Assembly: GCA_964036045.1 (NCBI GenBank) | Contig: OZ038379.1 | Coordinates: 22,692,001-22,756,000, forward strand | From: Eutreptiella sp. 'Long Island Sound 2002' | Lineage: Eukaryota; Protista; Euglenida | DNA length: 64,000 nt | Reading direction: 5' to 3' | Shown here: piece by piece, positions 49,220 through 59,866 of the stretch | Numbering within the stretch: position 1 is the first letter of the stretch | Layout of the letters: every line of letters starts with the position of its first letter | Translations under genes and position numbers: made by a program | The notes under the pieces: generated by a model | What the model was told of the DNA's origin: nothing | Databases searched by the model: none | What the model saw: the letters and a program-made list of their open reading frames with translations, nothing else

Positions 49220-49355
49220 CCGGGGGAGGGGGGGGAGAAAAAAATTCCTGGTACCAGCGTACAGCTGTTTTTTCGTGGGATACCCCCGCAGGAGGGGGGG
49301 GGGGGGGGTGCGAAAAAATAATTTGCAAGAATTTTTTTCCACCTCCCCCCCCCTG
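49220..49355. mobile_element. 136-bp MITE with 10-bp TSD upstream of the cyclase gene
   Basis: Direct repeat ACACATGACC at 49210-49219 and 49356-49365; imperfect G-rich TIRs C(C/A)GGGGG...GAAAAAAATT. Confidence 0.75.
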
Positions 49356-49914
49356 ACACATGACCTCAAAAAAGGAGTGGGAGCAAAAGATGATGCAAAG
49401 TGGTGTGAGAAACAAAACGCACCGTCAGAGCAAGAACCTTCTGCATTTATGCTTTTCAGAGGAAGAGGAGGAGGAGGAGGAGCCATGGGCCTCGCACCCA
49501 TCTGGGCTTGAGGTGCATGTCTCAAAAAACCTGGACTTCAGCCACTTCTCTCATCACCACCTCACACAATATCTGTCCAGAGTCCGGGGTACATTCCATC
49601 CCCCCAGCATCTGATATCCCATCCAGGTCCCAACAAGCCTGAGCGGTGTTCTTAGTCACCAGGATGGTGCACTGTCCCCTGAATGGGATGTTGATGTGTG
49701 TGTCTCCACGCGCACACACCGCGTCTCTGAACGTAATCTAGTTTTATGCAAGACCACAGCCACACAGGCTGTAACGGAAATGTACGCAAACACCCTACAA
49801 AAAGTATATGTATGTATTGCAATTAAGAGCGCCCTTCCAGTTGGGGTGCCATTGGTTTGGAGCACTGGCTTGCGGCAGGCCGCAAGATTTGCGTCGACCA
49901 CATCACCAAGCGGA

Positions 49915-49985
49915 CAAGCCGGGATTCGAACCCACTACCCTAGTCCGCAGGACGAGGGGGTTTGGCCACTATGAGGGAGTGTTCA
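49915..49985 (-). mobile_element. tRNA-derived SINE head or tRNA pseudogene
   Basis: Minus strand reads TAGTGGCCAAA (A-box-like) ... GGGTTCGAATCCC (B-box); no complete cloverleaf. Confidence 0.5.
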
Positions 49986-51295
49986 CACTGTGCGCGTACC
50001 ATGCAGGGTAGTTGAACAATTACGCTAGCAAACGGGTCCACATTAGAAGGTCCGTAAAGGTTGGAGGGTGCAGCTTGGTGGCTGGCTCTTCCTTCCTAGA
50101 TGCTTGCTACGACTTGCTGGATGGTTCATGGTAATACCTGGTGCCTTTTGGATGATTTGGGGTATGTCCTCGTGCTGGTATTTCCTAGTGGTGTGTGGAT
50201 GTGTGTAGGTAGTTCTGTGGTGTCTGGTTGTTTGATAATTATTCCTAGTGGTGTTTGGAGGTTTGCCTACTATTCCTAGCAATGGAGTGTGCACGCATAG
50301 TTCAATTCAATGTACTGGTGCCCATGGGGGATGAACAACTTGGCCATTAACTTCAGACTTCATTGCCAAGAACTGCCCACATTTAGATGCCGCTTGGACA
50401 GTGGCAGCAACTTGGGCATCAAAAGACGTGTGTCCGTGAAAATCACACCACTGGGAACCCATGAAAGAGACATTGCTATGTTGGACAACAAACACAAGGT
50501 AGTGTACAAGCAATTTGTGGCCTTTTTCCCTACCAACTATAAGCATTACCAATTAAATTAATTCATGCAACAACTCCACTATACAAACCATGCGTGCACC
50601 GTGCGCACACCGTGTCCGGTACTCCCTCAATACTATGACCAGTCTTTGTGAAAAATATTAGCAAAATCTACCTCACGGTCGAATGGTGGGAATGGAGAGG
50701 GACTTTGGCACAAGCAAAACTATGTCCACAACAAACAATATGGGCACTCGGGTATTTGTCATTTACATGCGCACATTCTTGGACACCCTGCATTGTACAA
50801 CTCCAACAAAGAGCAACATATGTTCGAACCACCCAAGCCACTTGTGAACCTTCCAAGCCCCCCATCCCACGGCGCTCCCAAGCAATAGCTACTTCGTTGG
50901 AGAAGCTACAGCACTTGTGTTCTCACTAGTTGAACACTTTCTTGGACAATATCCTAGACATGCTGGATGGTGCAGTTAAGCAGGCAGTGCGGATACATCC
51001 TACACCAGTACCAGTGGATTACCTCGTAGATTTATCGGCCCCTACCTCATGCTTCACGATCTGCCCTCCTGTCTAGAGCAGATTACCTTCGAAGTTTGGT
51101 GCGGATTGTTCACTGTCTAGCCCCCGGCTGAGTATGCACACTTCCTCAATTATGAGAGGCAAGCTCACGTGGCAACAATACTTGTGTTGTGTGTCCATGA
51201 GGCAACACCTCTTCCCCTAGCCAGCCGGCATATGTCTTTTGTGCTCCGCTCCTTTGTCTGTTCATCATGTTCTAGAGGCTTGTTTTTCTATTTTC

Positions 51296-51384
51296 GGTAT
51301 TCTCAAGTTTCCTTGGTGTTACGAACCTTCATCCCTCGATGGACATGTTGTGCTCCCATTGAGTGGGGAGTGTTGGTACGATGG
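51296..51384 (+). repeat. ~90-bp dispersed direct repeat; second copy 53016-53104
   Basis: GGTATTCTCAAGTTTCCTTGGTGTTACGAACCTTC...GTTGGTACGATGG is near-identical in both places. Confidence 0.9.
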
Positions 51385-52779
51385 GGGGGCATCAATGGTT
51401 AGGTTGCAATGTCCGCATTAGGCTCCGGCTGTGCCTGCCCCACAGCTTTCATTGCCCACTGTCCTCAACGGCGCTTTCAACGCATTCAGGTTCTCTGGCG
51501 TGTTCCAGCCCTATCCCTCCCTGAATGGTTGGGGTTGCGATCGTCTAGGCTCCATCAGATTAGGCGTACATGCTGGTCAGAGGTCACTCTGTCACCAGGC
51601 GCTCTGCGAGCTGGATCCCATTTGGCACTCCCCGGCTCCGGCTATTTCGTGGTCCTTAGGTTGTAAAACCCAGTGGGTTCAGGCTGTTTGGTTCGGGGGT
51701 CAATTACACACAACATACAGCAAGGGAGGGTCGTGTTCTGCTTGCTGGGAGGTTGGTCAGGGCGGCTACATAACCGGCTGGACTCCTCCATTGCCATCAG
51801 CTGCAGTTCACGGGTGACACATTGAGATCCCTCTGTGCTGCACGTCACTGTGGCGGCCGCAGATTCTTGGGATGCCTGTGACCGGGGGGAGTCCCGTGTG
51901 CTGTGCCCCCCTCCCCCCCCTTGTCCAAGAGTACCAGGTTGAGCAACTCCAGTAGCTGCGGGGCCATTGGCGACGCTCCTGGTGGCATGCGGAAGGTATT
52001 GCGGTTACCCACAAAGTAGGGCGTGGCCACTGTTGCCGGCGTTCCTAGAGTCACCAGCTCCCCAACCGGCCTCCGGAACTGCTATGGCGTCATGTGGAGG
52101 GGGTCCGGATCCGTTGCCGTTTGGGCATCTGCACTGGTGTGCACACCTCGATGTCCCACAGCGGGGAGGGCGGGGGGGGGGGGGGGGGGGGCTCGGCCCC
52201 CCCCCCTCCCGCCCCTCTCTCATGTCGCTGTGGGGTGCGTTGCATTGGGTCATCATTTGGCTCAATCATGGTTGGTAACAGATACTGGATGCCCCCGCCT
52301 AGGCAATTCCAGTGAATGTTCCAAGAGTTCAGCACACAATCAAACTGCTATGCTACATCTAGGTGCTAAGATACAGCTTGTTATGTGCAACATAAGAACT
52401 GTGTGGCACCGGCCAAAAACTTCATGAACCTGAAAACATAGAAGACAAAGCAGACGCTACCAAACAAACAGGGCGGAGCCACGACCTGTCAACGGCCGTC
52501 ATCCCCAGTGTACCACCTGAATCCAAGAAAATTAGGTTCGAATCCCGGGGGCTCATGGCGGGTGGGTTTGGCGACACAGTCCATAGATATCTCCCTCCTG
52601 TTGGCCACTTTGTCATCATTTGGGGGGTCAGGGGGTCCTAGTGCCTTTGGTTCCTCTGCTAGCTCCCAGCCCACCCATTCCTCATCCCACTCCTCATCGA
52701 ATCCTGCCGCCTCTGGTTCCGTGCGCCGTGGGTACACTGAAATTTGGCCGAAGAGTAGCGGCGATTGTCGGCGTCCCAC

Positions 52780-53012
52780 ATCCGCCACGTGATCCGCCCT
52801 GGTGTTCCCTGGTATTTTGATGTGCGACGAGGTGTGGATCCATTTCACCTGTTTAGCTAATTGTTCGGTGAGACACAGTAGCAGTTCCCACACTCTGTGC
52901 TGGACTGGGCGGTCGCCCACCATTTTGGCGCCCACTCTAACATGCCGTTGACAATCAGTAGGCAGTCCGGGGCAGACCAGCATGTGTTCCCCTAGCCTGC
53001 GGCCCTCCATGG
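52780..53012 (-). pseudogene. RNase H1-like C-terminal half (retroelement remnant), truncated by a repeat insertion
   Basis: CPDCLLIVNGMLEWAPKW, then a frameshift to PVQHRVWELL...VKWIHTSSHIKIPGNTRADHVADVGR (the H...GN..AD motif). Confidence 0.7.
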
Positions 53013-53344
53013 CGTGGTATTCTCAAGTTTCCTTGGTGTTACGAACCTTCGTCCCTTAGTGGACATGTTGTGCTCCCATTGAGTGGGGAGTGTTGGTACG
53101 ATGGAGCGGGGGGGGGGGGGGGGATGGTTGGGACTCACTGTCTACTGTCCTTCTCCGTGCCCCTTACCTTATGCTCGGTGGTTCCAAATTACCTCAAATT
53201 GTCGTGTGGTAGAGTCCCGGGGGGGTCGCCGGGCCCGGGTCCTTTCCGCCGACTCCCCCCCACCCCACCCTGGCAATTGGCACCAAAGTGCCGGACCATC
53301 GGGGCCAAAGGCGCCCTAAAGAAAAATTGCTTGATCTAGTAGAG

Positions 53345-53830
53345 GATGAAAAAATGGGTTTCTACCCCGGGTGTTTGTACTGCTGCATGAAGGAATCACA
53401 CATGTTATGCCAGCATGATCCATGGACCTCTGGTCAACTCAAGTTTTGAGTGCGCCTGTGCTGTACATAAATGGACCTTCAGCTTTCCGGGGTTCTCCCG
53501 AGTACACTCAATGACACCTTGAGCGCCAGGAACTCAAAAAAAGAAAAAGAAATGCTACATCACCCCTGCATTCTCGGGGGTCCCCAACGAAGGGGACAAA
53601 ATCAGAATTGGCTGCCTCACCCCAGCCTTCTCGGGGGCCCAAAGGAGGACGGAAATGCTACATCACCCCTGCATTCTCAGGGGTCCCCAACAAAGGGGAC
53701 AAAATCAAAGCAGAAAAAAAACAAAAAAACAAAATCCCCCCACTCAAAATACTCAGTTTTTTCAAGAGAACCCAATAATAGATGAAAACCAAATTGGACC
53801 AAATCTCAATACCACCCCTGTGCACAGGTT
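53345..53830 (+). repeat. Dispersed repeat with internal tandem units (ATGCTACATCACCCCTGCATTCTC...); inverted copy at ~57520-58055
   Basis: An approximately 85-bp core (53451-53533 versus reverse complement of 57866-57949) is about 90% identical; weaker homology extends outward. Confidence 0.85.
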
Positions 53831-53840
53831 TGTCAGAGAT

Positions 53841-53912
53841 GGCCCATACCCTAGTGGGTAAAGCAGTGCCTCTGCAACTGAAAGGTCTTGGGTTCAATCC
53901 CGAGTGAGGGCA
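53841..53912 (+). mobile_element. tRNA-Cys-like SINE head or tRNA pseudogene
   Basis: CCTAGTGGGTAAAGCA (A box/D arm), CT-GCA-AC anticodon-like loop, AGGTC, GGTTCAATCCC (B box); mismatches in the acceptor, anticodon and T stems. Confidence 0.55.
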
Positions 53913-54479
53913 ATCTACAGGACCCTAGGCAGCATCACAGACACAATGGGGGGGCCCGGAACGCATTCGTTCATAGTGGGTGTGATGTGTGTATTGCGCC
54001 GGGAACACACGACTCTAAGTGCATATACAGTGCAGCCAAATCCCGTGTACAGGCAAAACCCAACACAGGACAAGTGTGTCCAGGACACACAGGGCAACAT
54101 ATGTGGGCCAATCCAAATGATTAAGCTCTGTGGTGTGTGGACTGTATCAGGCCCATGCATGTAAAGTTCGATTGCAGCTCAACACAGCGAGCTCAAGTCC
54201 TGTGTGAGGGTAAAGCCCACCATAGGATAAGACTGCCAGTCGGACCTGCTGTACTAGGGCCGCAGCTGTTACTCCTCACTGCCGGGTCTCCCATAGCGCC
54301 TTTGCACACTGGACTGAAGGGGCGACTCAACTCAACTCATCGTTTCACCACTGTGCGTGTAGGTCACCCTAGATGATTAGGATGACACCTGACCATTCTA
54401 AGACTTGTTCACTCGCAGAAAGCCCACCAGAAAATTCCCCGACTTGACCATAGCCACTGTACTTGCCCTCACGACTCTC

Positions 54480-57280
54480 AGTTCACCAACCCCCGAAAGA
54501 GTACGAATGACGCACACATACGGCGCGACGCACGTGCACTCACACTACACCCGCAATTTGCCATGCCACCGCGCCATGGTATGACAAAGCCATAGGACTT
54601 ATCCACATGCACACAGGACCCACACATGACAGTTGTCCATGGAAGCACATCTGCTTTCGCTGTAGCCTCCTTGCAGCCTAGGTTCCTACACAGGGCCCTT
54701 ACATTGTGGACGCACGGATGGCCCGGAGCTCCTAGAGGAGCACTTCCGTCGTGCAGTGAGGAGTAACAGTTGCGGCCCTGGTATAGCAGGTCCGACCGGC
54801 AGTTGTCCATGGAGGCACATGTGGTCTCGCTGTAGCCTTCTGGCAGCCCAGATTCGTGCAGGGGGCCCTTACATTGTGGACGCACGGATGGCCCGGACCT
54901 CCCGGAGGAGCTCATCCGTCGACGGCACGGACGGGGGCTGGGTGGGGCGGTAAAGGTGGACCTGTTCGAACGCGTGGGCGGACCGTCTGGGTTGCTTTCC
55001 CGGCCTCAGGCCTGCGGCTGCCCAATGATACGGTTCTAGTGAGCCACTCCGTTCTCTAGCGGGGGGACAACTCGTCCAGCACCGGCGGCACCGGGATATA
55101 CTCCTCCCACAGGGGCAGGCCGGGCCTGTGAGGGGGTGGTGTGTTCCGTAGAGGCGGTCATAGTGTCGCACTCGTGAGATGCACCGGTGGGTGCGTGGGT
55201 GGCATCGCGGGCAATCTTCCCTGCTTGATCAACAACAACAGTGGGGTTGGCCGCGGGTCGGCTTAGATTGCATCCTCTCCAGTTGCAAAAAGCCCGGGAT
55301 GGATAGTTCACATGTCCACCGCTGCACTGCCAGGATGCCACAGGTGGCTCCCCGGCCGTTTTGGCAGTGCTCCTCCGGTGACGTGCTCTTGCGGTGTTGG
55401 CGACGAGGGTTGCTCCGGCACAGGTGGCGCCACAGACACCGGAGCCGGAGTCCCACACAAGTGGCATCGCCCTCGGTCGGGTCGGTTCCGTCGGCCACAT
55501 AGTGCGCATCGCCAGTTGCGGTGCTTCGGATGGTCACAGTGGAGGCACCTTTTGCGCCGGCCGTAGTTGTAGAACTTGCAACGGGGGCAATTCCAATCGC
55601 CACATGTGGGCTTGGGGCGTGTGTCCATGTGTACAAAGTTTGCATGTAAGCCACGGCAGGGACGCAAGGGCTGGAGGACGCGTGCATTAGTGGGCGGGCC
55701 TTTAAAGGCATTAAACAGGGTTAGCTGCGGCCCCCCACCCTGGTTTCAACTACATGCGCAGTAAAGGCCTTTGCACGGTTCCATTGCAGTCATGCGGGTA
55801 GCCTGTCCAGAGGGTGAGCAGCGAGGGGGGACATGCATCATGGTAATATGCCGGTTGCGCTGGTCTGTAGCGATTCCTAGTGAGGGCATAAGACACAAGT
55901 TCTGCACGAGGTCGGCCTCAGGCCAGTACGTGCAGGGTGCTTGGCTCAGAGACGGGATCACCACCTGTACGCGCTACATTCATTGATACTTTGGCGGGGA
56001 AGTCACTGTCGCGGTCCAAGTACCGTGGACCTGTTGGCAACGGTCCTCAAGGCCCAAATGCTCTCGCCGTGACTCCTTCCCATCAACACCCGTGTATACA
56101 CTCCTATTAGCCGTCATCCAAGCGGCGTCCAACGTGCCCTGTCGGGCGGGGCCAACTCATCTGGTCCCATCCTGTACTCGTGTCGGGTGGGGGCGGGGAG
56201 AGAGGCGGTCGTGTATAATCCGGCTGACGTACTTCGGCACAAACGACGCGTCCGCGTCCCACTTTCGATAGCATGATGCTAACAGTGCACCTGACGCATC
56301 GCACGTCATCCTCCATTTTGTCACTAACCTTGCAGTGGTCATCTTGTGTCACCAGGTTCCGCGATGAGAGAGCAGGCGACCGCATCGAGGGTTAGTATGG
56401 GTGAAATGTCATGTCCCTGATGCGCGAGTCCGTCACACTGCGAACGAAATTAGTGCCCGCCGGAGCCCATGCTGATGGAGGTGGTCGTGACCCCTGTGCG
56501 GTGTGCTCACTTCCGCGGGGCTTTTCCCTCTGACCGTGGGCCTCGGTGACGATGGTCATCGCGCACATGGCGTGCACACGCCGCATATCGGCGGTTGGGA
56601 TCCTGTGCCGGCTGTACCGGTTGCATGTGCACGAGGGCCCCGGGTCTTTCAATCCCTTGGCTTTGGAACACATGATGCTGGTATGGAGAGTGTACCGCCA
56701 TCCGATGCTGATCCGGTGGTCGCATGCCGTATGCTCCAAGGTGATGCTCCTTGGGCGGTGTAGGGTCATAGGGTCGTTGGACATGCTCGGTATGTTGTCC
56801 TCGTCCCATCGTCTGTTCATGGTCCTCGGGGTCCTTCCGAATCCGTCTGATGAGCTTCTTGTAGCTCCTCTCGTTCTTGCGCCGTTGGGTGTACTTGTTG
56901 TCATATCCCGGCAGACCCTGCATGGCCGCGTGCTGGGGCCATTGTGCGATGGGGAAAGGAACCATAAACGGCATCATCTGCGGTGCAGTCGCTGCTAGAT
57001 TTGGTGGGCGAGCCGCGTGTCGATTGGCGCGGGCCCTTTTTGGTGGCGGCGGTGTCACAGACCGTGATCGGGATGTGGACGACGTCCCGGTATCTGAGGC
57101 CTGCTTGCCACCGGACCCAAATTCACCCTCGCTGCTTAAACGGGAGGATTCCGTTTCGGAGGGAGGCAACAAGATGTTCACTTTCGGTTGTCCTGACACA
57201 GCCTGGAACTCCTCCCAACTGGGCTGTGCGGTCCGGAAGCCAGATTGCGGTCGTAGTACAGACGTTAAAAGCTGATCCAT
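54480..57280 (-). pseudogene. Decayed gag/ORF1-like gene with tandem RanBP2-type zinc fingers
   Basis: WNCPRCKFYNYGRRKRCLHC (55595-55537), WRCALCGRRNRPDRGRCHLC (55514-55455), WQCSGGHVNYPSRAFCNWRGC (55332-55270, different frame). Low-complexity 257-aa ORF 57280-56507 lies upstream; multiple stops and frameshifts. Confidence 0.65.
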
Positions 57281-57519
57281 GGTCTCACTGTCTCAGTGAG
57301 GGTTGCCGGCAAATTGCGGGAGGAGTTCTTGTGGAGAGGACATGTCAAGCTGAGGCTGAGGCATACGGAGTGGGCTCAACATCCATATCTTGGAGTCCAT
57401 GAAAAATGCAGATTCTCCATGAACTGCCGCCCTGCGGAAGCGCCGAAGTTCCCTGTGTGCCATAGCGCTGTGTTTTTTCCCCATATACGTGCCACAGTCC
57501 TTGAGTGCTCGCAGGGTTG

Positions 57520-58055
57520 ATGTAGCATTTCCGCCCTCCTTTGGGCCCCCGAGAAAGCATGAGTGAGGTAGCCAATTCTGATTTTGTCCCCTTTGTTGAG
57601 GACCCCCGAGAATGTAGGGGTGATGTAGCATTTCCGCCCACTTATGGGCCCCCGCGATATATGTAGGAGTCCGGAGGCCCCCGTGCCCCTCTAGCCGGCC
57701 CCCTAACCCCCCCCCCCCCCCCCCCGCCCACCCCCCACCCCCCACCCCCCACCCCACCCCACCCTGAAAGTGGCACGGAAGCAGGAAGGAGTCGGCGTCT
57801 AGCCCATTGTCCTGCCCCCCCCGGGGGTAGAGTCGTCTCTCGATGGGTGGCGCATGGTTTTTTTTGTTCCTGGCGCTCAAGGTGTCATTGAGTGTATTCG
57901 GGAGAACCCCAGAAAGCAGAAGGTCCGTTTGTGTACAGTACAGGTGCACCTAGAAACTGGGTGGACTAGAGGCCCAAGCAGTGTACCGGCATAACATGCG
58001 TTGATCCTTCGTACAGTAGTGCACGCGGGCTGCCACACCCAATAGGCTTCCATCT
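57520..58055 (-). repeat. Inverted copy of the 53345-53830 repeat, interrupted by a ~200-bp C-rich insertion
   Basis: Reverse-complement match; both translate as LSGVLPxTLNDTLSARN and LHHPxILGGPQQRGQNQNWLPH. Confidence 0.85.
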
Positions 58056-59819
58056 ATGTGGAGGCATGTAGTGTGTGGTACTAGGTGTCCTACACACGTG
58101 GTATCTTGTGTACAGTGTCAGTGCAGTGGTACATGGATTTATATCTTGGTGCCAGACTAATGCGGGCGTGTTTTGCCATATACAGCATGTAGGTGTGTCA
58201 TGCAGTGTGTATATCCGTATTGCCAGACACGGTATGCAGTGGTATCGTGAGGAACTAGCGAAAAGGCATGCAGTGCAGCATCTATGTGCGGGACATGGAG
58301 TGGTGGTGTGTATGCAGTGCATATGCGCTGGTGTTCATGTTGCACAGGTGTTCATGTTGCACAGGTGGAGGGATATGCTACGCATACTCAGGTAGCAGTG
58401 GGTTAGAAAATAGATATTCAATCTTGGTGAATGCAATTCAAGTTGCATGAGCATGTAGCTCGTCTAGTCAAGAGCAGTCATCCATCCATTCACCCAAGGA
58501 CGCTCATTGGTGGGCATTGGTGTTTGCAGGGCAAATCAATGGCGTCCGGGGTATCCGCCAACAGGCAACGAAATCGGGGCAGCTATGGGACAATGATGAA
58601 CTGTGTGGAAAACTGGCCGCAGGCTACAAAGGAGGCCGTGGCAAGGGAGGGGTCACTGCTGCAATCCTCATATGGTCAGGTCCCACTGGTGGCGGTCCAC
58701 ATGGGTCTCACTCACTCGCGCTGTGAAGCATCACCCAGTTCGGCACCGTCTGCACCGCATGCCTTTACTTGTTAGCATGAGATTGTCCTTGGTACCCTGA
58801 TGGGACAGGCCAAGCCATGCGATCCCAACCATCGTTCCTAAAGGGAGGAGGTGGTGAAGGCGGCGGTCTCATGTACACCGGCTTGTCCATCACTGTGCAC
58901 ACATATTGCCCCTGTCGTGCGGCAATTAGCAACACATTCACAGTGCACCACGCACACTAAACATCCGCCTCCATGCAGCTTGCCACACGTTGAGCATTGC
59001 ACCATCATATGCTGAGTACCATCCATACGGGTCCCAGGGCTCACATCATCAGTCGCACACGGGGCCCTTGCAGCAGGGCTCTCCCGGGATGGTTGTGGCT
59101 GGCACGGCATAGGCCAACACGGACTCTTTCCTCTCGGATGCACACCACTTCCATGGAGGTGATTTGACGTGTAGAGCCATTTTTGTATCATCTTTTTTGT
59201 TGAGAGGATTTAAAGGGGCTAGGAGAACGTATGCACACCATACCTTCTGCCCCGGCGGCCATTTATCTCATCCGTCATTGGCCTATCCCTACCCGGTATC
59301 CCTTTGCCGTGGTGAAGGAACTTTTTTTTTATTCTGGGCACTATAGTGGAGTATCGTCACTAGGTCGTGCGGGACACAGTTTGGTGGGTTTTGGAATTTC
59401 AACATTTGGGCACTCGTGACCCCACATTCGTTGCTAACCCCCCCCCCAGAAGCCCGGGTTTCCAAGACACCAGTCAGTGCTTACAATGCAAAACCATCAG
59501 TTCATTTGTCTGGACCTTGTCTCTCATTGCCTTTAATCAATGGAATGCTTGCTCCTCTAAAAGCACCCCTTGCTCTTCTTGTTGAAGGAGTCGCCAAACC
59601 TCTGTTTACACTCGCAGCTGTGTGGTGCCCCTCATTGCTACATTTGGCAACCACAACCGATTCACCTCCTTTGGTCCACCAACACCTCAATATAAGACTT
59701 CGAGTCTGTGAAAATGGGGTTGTGATGAGGCTAAAAACCGCACAAAGCCCAAGCATTGTTGGGCCATGAGGAGGATCCAAGCATTATATGTTTCCACCAT
59801 GGAATAGGAACATACACCA

Positions 59820-59866
59820 GATAAGTAAGCATAAGATAAGTAAGCATAAGATAAGATAAGTAAGAA
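59820..59866. repeat. Short (ATAAG)n-type microsatellite
   Basis: ataagtaagcataagataagtaagcataagataagataagtaag, read directly. Confidence 0.8.

Noticed and set aside
52490-52550. tRNA gene around the B-box GGTTCGAATCCC
   Set aside because: No convincing A box or cloverleaf; isolated motif.
51296-53104. LTR pair flanking an RNase H fragment
   Set aside because: Only about 90 bp, no TG...CA ends, no PBS/PPT or TSD, and one copy cuts through the RNase H coding sequence; these are dispersed repeats.
53841-53912. Functional tRNA-Cys gene
   Set aside because: Mismatches in the acceptor and T stems and no proper anticodon stem; treated as a SINE head or pseudogene.
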